This document shows, piece after piece, positions 8,848 through 17,681 of a stretch of DNA of 64,000 nt. Location of the stretch: the NCBI GenBank assembly GCA_963790475.1, contig CAWBOS010000010.1, forward strand, positions 1,536,001 through 1,600,000, written 5' to 3'. This DNA comes from an uncultured delta proteobacterium. GTDB lineage: Bacteria > Desulfobacterota > RBG-13-43-22. How positions within the stretch are numbered: the stretch's first letter is position 1; each line of letters opens with the position of its first letter. The translations under genes were made by a program, and so were the position numbers. The notes under the pieces were generated by a model. It ran no database searches, had not been told where the DNA came from, and worked only from the letters and a program-made list of their open reading frames with translations.

Positions 8848-8892
8848 CCTCTCACGCCGGTAACACGGGTTTGAACCACATTGGGACCACCA
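8848..8892 (+). other. Degenerate 3' half of tRNA-Glu(CTC), att-core relic
   Basis: CCTCTCACGCCGGTAACACGGGTTTGAACCACATTGGGACCACCA. Confidence 0.75.
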
Positions 8893-9007
8893 ATATTTTC
8901 AGTAGCTTATAGTTAAAAAGACGTTACCAAACTGCTACCAACAATATTTCGCTACCCTTGAAAAAATCTCCTTCCTCGTCTTATAAGGAAACGACTTATA
9001 CTGCAAA

Positions 9008-9036
9008 ACTCTTAATCAGTAGGTCGGTAATTCGAT
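9008..9036 (+). other. Degenerate tRNA-Lys(CTT) fragment, att-core relic
   Basis: ACTCTTAATCAGTAGGTCGGTAATTCGAT. Confidence 0.55.
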
Positions 9037-9048
9037 CTCTTTGGGGAG

Positions 9049-9098
9049 ACAGATTCCTAATCTGTAGGCCGTGAGTTCAAGTCTCGCCGGGGGCACCA
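9049..9098 (+). other. 3' half of tRNA-Arg(CCT), att-core relic
   Basis: ACAGA-TTCCTAA-TCTGT anticodon arm, GTGAGTTCAAGTCTCGC T-arm and GGGGGCACCA end; no 5' half upstream. Confidence 0.85.
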
Positions 9099-10589
9099 TT
9101 TAAATAAGTATAAAATAAAAGGACTTATGCCACAAACAAGCTTTAAATCCTTTTCTTTTTTTCCCAGTGTATCGTCTTTACTTCTATTTTGTCCCCACCC
9201 TGTCCCCACTATTTAAAAGACGGTAGCCACTCCCCATTCCCCTCAGACTCGTAAACAAAAGGCCGCGTTGATTCCTAACCAGCCCCTTTCATGAAGCCAC
9301 TGGCTTACTGTGCATCCCATGGCGAGACACTGTTGAATGGAATCCCGAGTTGTCCGGGTATTTAACTCCTATTTCTTATAGGTCGCTGGTAGGTCATCAA
9401 CCTCCCGGCCAACATTTCCATCCCTTTCCGCTTATCGTTCTTCCGGGATATCGTGACAATCGTTACACCAGATCTTCGTTAATCCGTGACACGGTATACG
9501 AGTTTTAATTTAAACCAGGCAAGCTGATCGATAATGAAGAACTTCCCTCTGTGTGGTCCATAACAAAGCCCCGTAAAGCCTTCTGTGGGACGGTCTGTCC
9601 GAGGCATGAGTCTTTGTATGTCCCGGAAAATTGCCCTACATAAACGCTCCTGGTGAGCCCGAGAAGGTCATACAATCATCAGCTCAATGGACCCCCCGGA
9701 ATCCATCAAGATCATCGTTATTGATTATCTGGAAGTCAGCCGCCGCTATGTATCCGGCCCCTAAGCCAGGGGGGGTATACCCATCAGTCCTATGGGCATT
9801 GGCCTAAAGGCCCTTCTGTCCACATATATCGGCATGTATGAATCGACCTTCTAAAATTTTTCGGGAGTATCCAGTCCAATTCTGTGAGATTCGAGTCCCA
9901 AAATTTTCCCGGGGAAATTAATCGATTTCTACCATATCCGAGTCTAAAAATTTTTCGGGTAGTTTTTATAGTTTTGGGTAAAAAAACTGTATACAGTGTC
10001 CCGTTAACTGGGAACCGGACTTAGAAAAATATCCTGGGGGATTGGTGTTGTTCCGGGGTTGTTTAAAGAACACTTCAAAATATTGGGGTGGGTTCGTGTT
10101 GCCAATAAAGCTGATGGGAGTACCACCCATCAATTTCTTTCGCAATCGAAGTGCTGTATATGACAATCTAATAATTTTCCGGAATGGTTTGATGGTATCC
10201 TGCGTTTTCTGATTTTAAAGGGGACACTGGGTGGTATGGAAGATGTTTTTGAGATAACAGTTTCGCTTAAATTGGTTTGAAGCGGAAAAGGAAAATCATG
10301 TTGTCGAAATACTGAAATATTTCAGGATGGGAATGTTTCCCTTAAAACAAATATCGGTTATAAGTTTCTTACTGATACCCTTTGTATGTGATATAATACG
10401 AATTTAAAGGTTACAAAAGGTTAATCTTTGATTATTAGTTAACTAAGTTGTATTAAAATATTAACTATTTATATACTCATATTTTATTATGAATGATCTA
10501 TAACTCTTTTAAATATATACAAGAATTCAATTTTTTATATTAATTATTGGAAGGATAGCTATTATATTTTTTAATTTTAGGGGGGGCCT

Positions 10590-11378
10590 ATGGGAACTTG
10601 TTTCGTCATACAACCATTCGATAAGGGGGTTTATGATAAAAGATATGAGGACGTATTTGCCCCAGCAATAGCTTCTGCTGGACTAAAGCCGTACCGGGTA
10701 GATCGTGACCCAGCAGCAAGTATACCAATTGAAGAAATTCAATCCGGAATACGAAACGCAGAATTATGTCTTGCTGAAATAAGTACAGACAATCCTAACG
10801 TTTGGTTTGAACTCGGGTACTCAATTGCAAGTTCCAAAGAAGTTGTATTAATTTGCTCCTCAGACCGTAAGACAAAATTCCCTTTTGACGTTCAGCATAG
10901 GAATATTACAATATACAAGTCAGAATCAACAAGGGATTTTGATGAATTAAAAAATAATATCACTAAGAGGATAAAAGCAATCTTAGCCAAGGAGGAAACT
11001 CTTGGCCGGATGTCCAATATGCCCTCTATTGCGGAAACCGAAGGTCTGGGACACCACGAGATTGTTGCCTTGGTGACTATTGCAGAGAATATTGACTCGC
11101 CTTCAGATAAGGTTTCGGCTTACACGATCAAAGAAGATATGGATAGAGCTGGTTTTACAAAAATCGCGGTCACTTTGGCTCTCAGCACACTGTTACGAAA
11201 GGACTTGATTGAGGATCAAATGGATTCAGACAGGAACGGCAATGAATTCTTTGTTTATTCCCTATCCGGAAAAGGAATTGAGTGGCTTCTCCAGAATCAA
11301 GACAGGCTGGTACTTAAGAAAGAAAAAGGTGAAGCTGATATTCCATCGCAAAATCCGGATGAAGATATACCATTCTGA
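10590..11378 (+). CDS. Nucleoside 2-deoxyribosyltransferase/TIR-like domain plus C-terminal wHTH-like domain
   Basis: CFVIQPF...YRVD...AEISTDNPNVWFELG...PFDV. Confidence 0.8.
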   Translation: MGTCFVIQPFDKGVYDKRYEDVFAPAIASAGLKPYRVDRDPAASIPIEEIQSGIRNAELCLAEISTDNPNVWFELGYSIASSKEVVLICSSDRKTKFPFDVQHRNITIYKSESTRDFDELKNNITKRIKAILAKEETLGRMSNMPSIAETEGLGHHEIVALVTIAENIDSPSDKVSAYTIKEDMDRAGFTKIAVTLALSTLLRKDLIEDQMDSDRNGNEFFVYSLSGKGIEWLLQNQDRLVLKKEKGEADIPSQNPDEDIPF

Positions 11379-11461
11379 TCTTTCGCACACCAATCGGTTT
11401 CAAGGGACTACTTCAAAGTTGCGGATTCTGAACGGCATCCTTCGTTATCAAAGGAGAACTT

Positions 11462-12202
11462 ATGGACGAAGTCAAGCGGGTCCTTCGATATACACTTCCA
11501 GGTATGGCGAGCCTAAGCCAGCTTTTACTCGCGGTTTATTTTACCAGGAGCCCAGCAATAGAGTTATTGCTTAAAAATCTCGACAGTCACACTGGCCTAA
11601 TTGGTGGGGTTATTGCTGTCTTCATAACATCTGGAGTCGTTGGCTACATCTTAGCAAGTGCATACCACACAGCTTACTGGACAATTTTTTCTTGGTTTTC
11701 GATTGATCACCTGACTATCGTGAGAAACCTCATTTCACTTGATAAAATGGTGGTAACTGACTCCAATGAAAATCCGATACCAAAGAAAAACCTGAACAAA
11801 CGTGACGCATGGAAGATTCTCACATACTACTGGTATGCAAATCTTGAAGAATCGAAAGAACTAAAAGGATTAAACAAGATTACAGACCGTTTGGCCGATT
11901 TTACTCACGCCCATGGAACTTCATTCTTGGGGACGACGCTCGGTCTTTTGGTGTGGTTTTTCTGGTTCTCAGATTTTGCAGTTGGAATATTGTCCTGCCG
12001 AGATTACATGGTATTGGGATACTGGCTAATTCTGCTCATAATCTATGGCACAGGTCATCACTTTAGTAATAAGGCACTTGAGTCTATGGCAAATGCTGCT
12101 GTTCTCTCCCATATGGAAAAGATGGGCAAATTCCCAGTTATTATACCATCTTTCAGTAAAGGAAAGGGGAAACGAGTTAGTTTCCTAAGAGAAAAATGCT
12201 AA
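11462..12202 (+). CDS. Multi-pass membrane protein
   Basis: About four hydrophobic segments; AAGGAG RBS. Confidence 0.75.
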   Translation: MDEVKRVLRYTLPGMASLSQLLLAVYFTRSPAIELLLKNLDSHTGLIGGVIAVFITSGVVGYILASAYHTAYWTIFSWFSIDHLTIVRNLISLDKMVVTDSNENPIPKKNLNKRDAWKILTYYWYANLEESKELKGLNKITDRLADFTHAHGTSFLGTTLGLLVWFFWFSDFAVGILSCRDYMVLGYWLILLIIYGTGHHFSNKALESMANAAVLSHMEKMGKFPVIIPSFSKGKGKRVSFLREKC

Positions 12203-12401
12203 ACTTAAGCCTTGAGAGAGACGAGAGTTAGGCTACAGATCCACGCACGCTCCTCAAGCTGGCGATATATTATATTAAGTAAAACATTTTTAAAACGTGA
12301 CACACTTTATCAAGTAAATGCTTTAGGTTAGCGGGCCATCAGATTTTTTCATTTGCGGAGTTATCCGGGTTAGAATTTATTTTGAGCCTTGAGGTTCAGC
12401 A

Positions 12402-13136
12402 TTGAAGCCACAACTTTATCTGCATGACATGCAAAAACGATATTTGAAAAATCAAATTGGCAGATTTGTAGAAATTTATAATCTAAAACTAAAACCTATT
12501 TTTGATAACATTGACAGTGAGGCTGAAGAACACGGAGACAATTTTTTTAAGGGTGTAATGGAAAATTGTTCGGATCCAGATGCAATAGATCCCTCTGACA
12601 TTGCAGATGAGGCAATGGATCGCGTTTATAAGCACTGGGAATTATTAAACCATGGCAAGTATGTCCTTCTGTCATCTTGGCATGTTGCATTGTATGAAGC
12701 CTTTGAACAACAATTACGGAACTACCTGTTTAAGGAACTCAAACATAATTTTAACCTCACAATTAACCATATATTTTCTAAACTCGAAGACATGAAGAAA
12801 CTTCTTTTTCTTTACGGAGTCGATCTCAGTTCTCTTAACGGATTGAAACAAATTGATCATTTACGGTTAGTGTGCAATGTCGTCAAGCATGGCGAAGGTT
12901 CATCTGCCAATGAACTTCGAAAAAAACGCCCGGATCTTATAAAAACTTATGATAAAATCGAATTGCTTGAACTCTATGGCTCAAGTCTGCTTGATGAGGT
13001 TCTTGCAATTAATGAGACAACTTTAATTGAATTCGGGAAAGCTATTGAAGATTTTTGGGACAGTTTTCCGGAGAGTAGTTTTTGTGAAGAACCCGAAAAC
13101 CTATTGAAAATAATAAACAAACAATCCATAAAATAA
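12402..13136 (+). CDS. Helical HEPN-like hypothetical protein
   Basis: LRLVCNVVKHGEGSS motif in an all-helical context. Confidence 0.55.
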   Translation: MKPQLYLHDMQKRYLKNQIGRFVEIYNLKLKPIFDNIDSEAEEHGDNFFKGVMENCSDPDAIDPSDIADEAMDRVYKHWELLNHGKYVLLSSWHVALYEAFEQQLRNYLFKELKHNFNLTINHIFSKLEDMKKLLFLYGVDLSSLNGLKQIDHLRLVCNVVKHGEGSSANELRKKRPDLIKTYDKIELLELYGSSLLDEVLAINETTLIEFGKAIEDFWDSFPESSFCEEPENLLKIINKQSIK

Positions 13137-13178
13137 CATAAAAAATCACTTTTAAGAACGCGAAATAGCCGCAAAGAT

Positions 13179-13246
13179 GCCCAATAAACTGGTGCACCGG
13201 TTAGGCGGGAAAGAACACCCGCCGCATAGTTCGCTCTTTGTTGGGC
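13179..13246 (+). other. Degenerate integron attC-like site
   Basis: GCCCAAT...GTTGGGC terminal boxes and an inner GGCGGG/CCCGCC stem, immediately before the next ORF. Confidence 0.5.
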
Positions 13247-13277
13247 ATAAAGATCAATTTCATCAAGGGAACGCAAA

Positions 13278-14222
13278 ATGGATGATTTAGGAATAGAGGG
13301 ACGCAGACTCGCAATTGAGATCATAGCAACACTGGTTCACATCAAGTCTACGATGGTAGAACTCATTCTGAAGCCTGCTGGAATTTCTTCCGGCATTTAT
13401 GGCCCACTTCTTCACAAACATGATGAATCGACTGGCCGCGTATTATCAAAAAGGCAAATCGCCCCGCTCATCCTTGACGCGGTCACGCAATCTGGCAGTA
13501 TTGATTCGTCGATTCGGAGGATTATTGAAATCGCTGCACACTGGTCAAGCTTCCACCTGGCAGACGATGAATATGCGGCAAGAGCGACTGTTCAAAAGGC
13601 AAGAGAGTTGCTTGGCACTATTGAGATAATGGAGGCTCGTGAGGCAAAACAACGGGAATTGGTCCTCAAGGAAGAACTGGCACGCATGGAACATGAACGT
13701 GCGGAGTTAATACAAAAGAACTCAGACCTATTATTGATGATGTTTGACGATCTTGCTATCTCAAATGATCCACATCGGCGGGGTTATTTGTTGCAAGAAT
13801 TATTAAACAGATTATTTGACTTATATCAACTTCCGGTCACAAAATCATTCACTCGAAACGAAGGGGGAGAACAGATTGACGGTGCATTCCGGATGGAGGG
13901 GTGGCATTACCTCGTCGAATGTCGATGGCGGGAGAAGCTCGATGATATTCGTAATTTGGATGGATTACAAGGCCAGGTAGGTCGTTCAGGAAAACAGGTG
14001 ATGGGCTTATATTTGTCCATCAATGGATGGTCCAACAATGTGCCCAATTTACTGAAGCAAAACCCTGATAAGAATATCGTCTTAATGGATGGCTATGATC
14101 TTCGGACAATCTTATCATGCCAGGCAAATCTTCAAAAATTTCTTTTGGCAAAGGTTACACATTTGAACCTGAAAAGTGAACCATTCCTCTCTGCAAGGAT
14201 CTTCTTGGATAAACTTAACTAA
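13278..14222 (+). CDS. Mrr-like PD-(D/E)xK restriction endonuclease domain protein
   Basis: RRGYLLQELL...EQIDG...YLVECRW...GLYLSING..IVLMDG. Confidence 0.8.
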   Translation: MDDLGIEGRRLAIEIIATLVHIKSTMVELILKPAGISSGIYGPLLHKHDESTGRVLSKRQIAPLILDAVTQSGSIDSSIRRIIEIAAHWSSFHLADDEYAARATVQKARELLGTIEIMEAREAKQRELVLKEELARMEHERAELIQKNSDLLLMMFDDLAISNDPHRRGYLLQELLNRLFDLYQLPVTKSFTRNEGGEQIDGAFRMEGWHYLVECRWREKLDDIRNLDGLQGQVGRSGKQVMGLYLSINGWSNNVPNLLKQNPDKNIVLMDGYDLRTILSCQANLQKFLLAKVTHLNLKSEPFLSARIFLDKLN

Positions 14223-14529
14223 CCTTAATGAGAACCCATGATTCATAACGTCCCAACATCGATTCACGGCTATCCCTATCCTTGACCTTTTCCTTATTAT
14301 TTTCATTCCTCAGTGGGGACGGTGTTCCCCTTCCCTACCTCCTACTGGTGGTTCCCGATGTGGGCTTCAAATTGGAAGTAACTCGGTGTCTTCCCCCGGC
14401 AGTCTGTGGGAAAGGGTCATGATATTTTTGGACTTGTGCATATTTCCCATTTTATTGAATATTCAGAAATTTTCTGATATTATCCAGAAAACTGTTCAAT
14501 AATTCATCATCTGTGGAGCGACAAGAAGA

Positions 14530-15303
14530 ATGACTCGGGGCAGCCGAAAGCACATCCTTGATTGGACATCAACCCCAGACTTCCCTAAGGAGTTCATCGA
14601 ACTCATCGGCTTGAGCGACTGTAGACTCTCTCGTTCCATGGTTTGGCAGCCTAAAGGTTATATCGAGCCGGAAGAGGCCTGTCTGGAGGACTGTGGAGAC
14701 CGGTTCATTCCGGGAACAAACTGCTGGAAAGAATTGGCTGCATGGTGGCTGGTCCACCGTGGTGGAGCAAATAAGCCCAACTGGGATCTTGTGGTGGCCT
14801 GTGACATTGCGGGGAAGCCTGGCCTTGCACTGGTCGAAGCCAAGGCCCACGAACGTGAGTTGGACTGGGCCGGAAAGCGGCATCGCTCTGGTATCTCGAC
14901 AAATTCAGACGATAACCACGAACAGATAGGGAAGGCAATTGCTGAAGCCTCTCTTGCACTGAGCAAGATTGTGCCTGGCGTGAACATCTCGCGAGACTCG
15001 CACTACCAGCTTGCAAACCGGCTCGCGTACAGTTGGAAGATAGCCTCTATGGGTATTCCTGTAATTCTGGTCACCCTTGGGTTTACTGGCGATGAAGGCA
15101 TTAAGGACGTTGGAATTCCTTTGCGGGACCATATCCACTGGGAAGCGGTCATGCGTACCTATACAGAGGGGATACTTCCTGAAGGGTTTGTTGACCGCCC
15201 TTTGAATTGTGGCAAATCCTATATGCGAATGCTGGTAAGGTCCAGGCCGGTATTGGAGCAAAGTGAACCGCGAAGACAGGGTAATTACCGGATGCACCCA
15301 TAG
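14530..15303 (+). CDS. Putative PD-(D/E)xK nuclease
   Basis: PNWDLVV...LVEAKAH...YQLANR. Confidence 0.65.
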   Translation: MTRGSRKHILDWTSTPDFPKEFIELIGLSDCRLSRSMVWQPKGYIEPEEACLEDCGDRFIPGTNCWKELAAWWLVHRGGANKPNWDLVVACDIAGKPGLALVEAKAHERELDWAGKRHRSGISTNSDDNHEQIGKAIAEASLALSKIVPGVNISRDSHYQLANRLAYSWKIASMGIPVILVTLGFTGDEGIKDVGIPLRDHIHWEAVMRTYTEGILPEGFVDRPLNCGKSYMRMLVRSRPVLEQSEPRRQGNYRMHP

Positions 15304-15352
15304 CCCAAAACTCGGGCTTTGGGTAAAAGTCCTAATATGAGACAATGAAGAC

Positions 15353-15916
15353 ATGGATATTCAAGAAAGAATACTGAGAGTATACATGGAGGATGGGATC
15401 AAGCAGGAGTTCAATCAGACACTTTCGTCCCGAGTCGAACGCTACTTGAAGGTAAAGCCTCATGGAATAGTCCCTCTCACGGAATTTGCACCAGTTTCGG
15501 CTGAATGCACCCTTCTGTTCCGAGATGGCCACTTCTATGGCTCTATTGCTCTGTCTCAGGCTGTTGCTGAGGCTCTTGCCAAATTCCTTTGCCAAAAGAA
15601 CGGCTGGAAACCAAAAAGGAATTTTGAAGAAAACATCGCAAAACTGCGAACCAGACAATTCATATCGGAGGGCATGAAAGACAAGTTTCTTAGGATATGG
15701 GAAAAGAGAGACGATTACCACCATCTAAATCCAACAATAGAGACGGATCGAGAGAAGCTTGAGGCTCTTGCTTATGAGAAAGTCTTACTCCTGAAAGAAA
15801 TCGAATCGGAAATCTTTAAATTTTCGGTTGTTGAGGGAAAATTATTACCCGCGAACAGGAAGTATTGGGTGCTGCAACAAAACGGAACAGTTCCAGTTTT
15901 TCTGAAGTTGGAATAA
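15353..15916 (+). CDS. HEPN (DUF4145-like) domain protein
   Basis: GHFYGSIALSQAVAEAL and the Rx4H motif RDDYHH. Confidence 0.7.
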   Translation: MDIQERILRVYMEDGIKQEFNQTLSSRVERYLKVKPHGIVPLTEFAPVSAECTLLFRDGHFYGSIALSQAVAEALAKFLCQKNGWKPKRNFEENIAKLRTRQFISEGMKDKFLRIWEKRDDYHHLNPTIETDREKLEALAYEKVLLLKEIESEIFKFSVVEGKLLPANRKYWVLQQNGTVPVFLKLE

Positions 15917-16171
15917 ATCGGCTAATAACCAACTGCTGCCCCATACCGGCCGGTTAACCGGCTCTTGAAAGAATCAGGATTTTAGACTAAAGGAAAGACG
16001 CATTTTCATTGAATGTCCTTTGCCAGGTTTGACCCAAATACTGACTATATGGATTGATCACCTCTCCAAGTCAGATTATTTTCGGGTCATCGATGAGGAG
16101 CACCAGAAATGAAGACTCTGGGAAAGGCATAGGCTAATGAACGTATTGTACCGGAAGAAAGGAAGGCCAAA

Positions 16172-17128
16172 ATGCCAAATGATTGCCCGGTTTGTCAGTC
16201 GGCATTAACTGTTGTTGACCAACTTAGTGGGAGAGATGCAGCCTTTTTCTCCTGTCCACTCTGTGGAGAATTTGTTCTTTCTGGGACCCTATTCACTATT
16301 CTTCCCCATATCCTTCAAGATAACAAGGACGCAAGTGCCAAAATAAGTCATGCGATTAGAACTATGCAAAACATAAACAAAGGAGCAGAACTGGACACAG
16401 ATACAGTAAATGAAATTTTAAAGCGACCTTTGCCAACAATTCGTGAGCAGGCAGATCTTCTCATTCGTTGGATCGCTGAAAATGTCGAAGGTCCTGGCGA
16501 GACTATTCTGGTTGAACCGGAAAAGCACCGTTCAATTGTTGGTGCTAAATCAGATGAAGGTTTTGGTCTTATCCTTCGATACCTTTTCGATGCTGGTCTT
16601 GTTGAAGGAAACCTTATCGATGCAATGAGTGCCCCAGGTAGAGGCCTGGTAACGCTTTCATTTAAAGGCTGGGATTACTATGAGCAGTTACGTAGGGGAT
16701 CAAAGAGTTATCGAAAGGCTTTCATAGCGATGAAATTTGGAGACCCGATACTTGACACGATTATGTCTGAAATTTTTAAGCCATGTGTTAAGGATGCCGG
16801 GTTTGAACTCTGTCGTTTGGATGATACCCCCAAAGCTGGCCTCATTGACGACAGATTGCGTGTGGAGATCCAATCTTCCGACTTCTTAATTGCAGATTTA
16901 ACACACGAAAATCCAGGGGCTTATTGGGAGGCAGGATATGCCGAAGGGTTGGGAAAACCGGTGATTTACACTTGTGAAAAAGGAAAATTCGAGAAGGACA
17001 AGACCCATTTTGACACAAATCATCATCTCACAATTATATGGGATAAGGACACCCCGGAGAAAGCAGGAGAAAATTTAAAGGCTACTATTCGTGCAACATT
17101 GCCTCATTTAGCTAAACAGGAAGATTAA
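16172..17128 (+). CDS. Zn-ribbon + wHTH + NDT/TIR-like domain protein
   Basis: CPVC...CPLCG at the N-terminus; KAFIAMKF...IADLTHENPGAYWEAGYAEGLGKPVIYTC...HFD. Confidence 0.8.
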   Translation: MPNDCPVCQSALTVVDQLSGRDAAFFSCPLCGEFVLSGTLFTILPHILQDNKDASAKISHAIRTMQNINKGAELDTDTVNEILKRPLPTIREQADLLIRWIAENVEGPGETILVEPEKHRSIVGAKSDEGFGLILRYLFDAGLVEGNLIDAMSAPGRGLVTLSFKGWDYYEQLRRGSKSYRKAFIAMKFGDPILDTIMSEIFKPCVKDAGFELCRLDDTPKAGLIDDRLRVEIQSSDFLIADLTHENPGAYWEAGYAEGLGKPVIYTCEKGKFEKDKTHFDTNHHLTIIWDKDTPEKAGENLKATIRATLPHLAKQED

Positions 17129-17213
17129 AGACCACCCACGGTACTACCCTAATTACGAGCCCTACCCAAAATGATCGAGACGGTTCCCCCGGTTAGGAAT
17201 AGACCAGGGGTAG

Positions 17214-17329
17214 TGTCAACCCTGTCAAGGTGTCAACCCTATTCTATACCTGATTATATAGAATAAAATGATAATAAGATAATTAGAGTAAGAGATAGAA
17301 ACTGCCTTGACACCTTGACACCCTTGACG
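17214..17329. repeat. Inverted iteron set (orphan origin-like site)
   Basis: TGTCAA three times (17214, 17223, 17231) and TTGACA/TTGACG three times (17307, 17315, 17324) around an AT-rich spacer. Confidence 0.7.
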
Positions 17330-17681
17330 CGAACATTCGTAAAAAAAATTGGTCGAAGGATGCGGGCATCCCTAAATGCCATTGAATCAACCACTTATAC
17401 ACCGTTACGACCGTCTCTGCTCCTATGTCAGCCCGGAATCATGCTTAACATGCGTTAATGCTTGCCTGGAATTCGGTTCACCCTGAGACCATGCTCGTAA
17501 GATGTCATTTCCACACTTTAATACCGGTTAATGGGGGGCTCCGGCCCTCTTTGACCCCCGGATATGTGCATCCACATCCGCTAATAACTTTTGCTTTCAA
17601 GGTTGACTTTAACTGTTTGTTATGGTTTAAATTATCCAATCTAATTTTCTCTCCTTTTCCGCTTAACCAACAAACAGGGGA

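Noticed and set aside
9020-9098. Full tRNA-Arg gene
   Set aside because: There is no 5' acceptor strand (GCCCCCG) or D-arm upstream.
10300-11378. Retron with an NDT effector
   Set aside because: No reverse transcriptase and no msr-msd-like inverted repeats were seen in the window.
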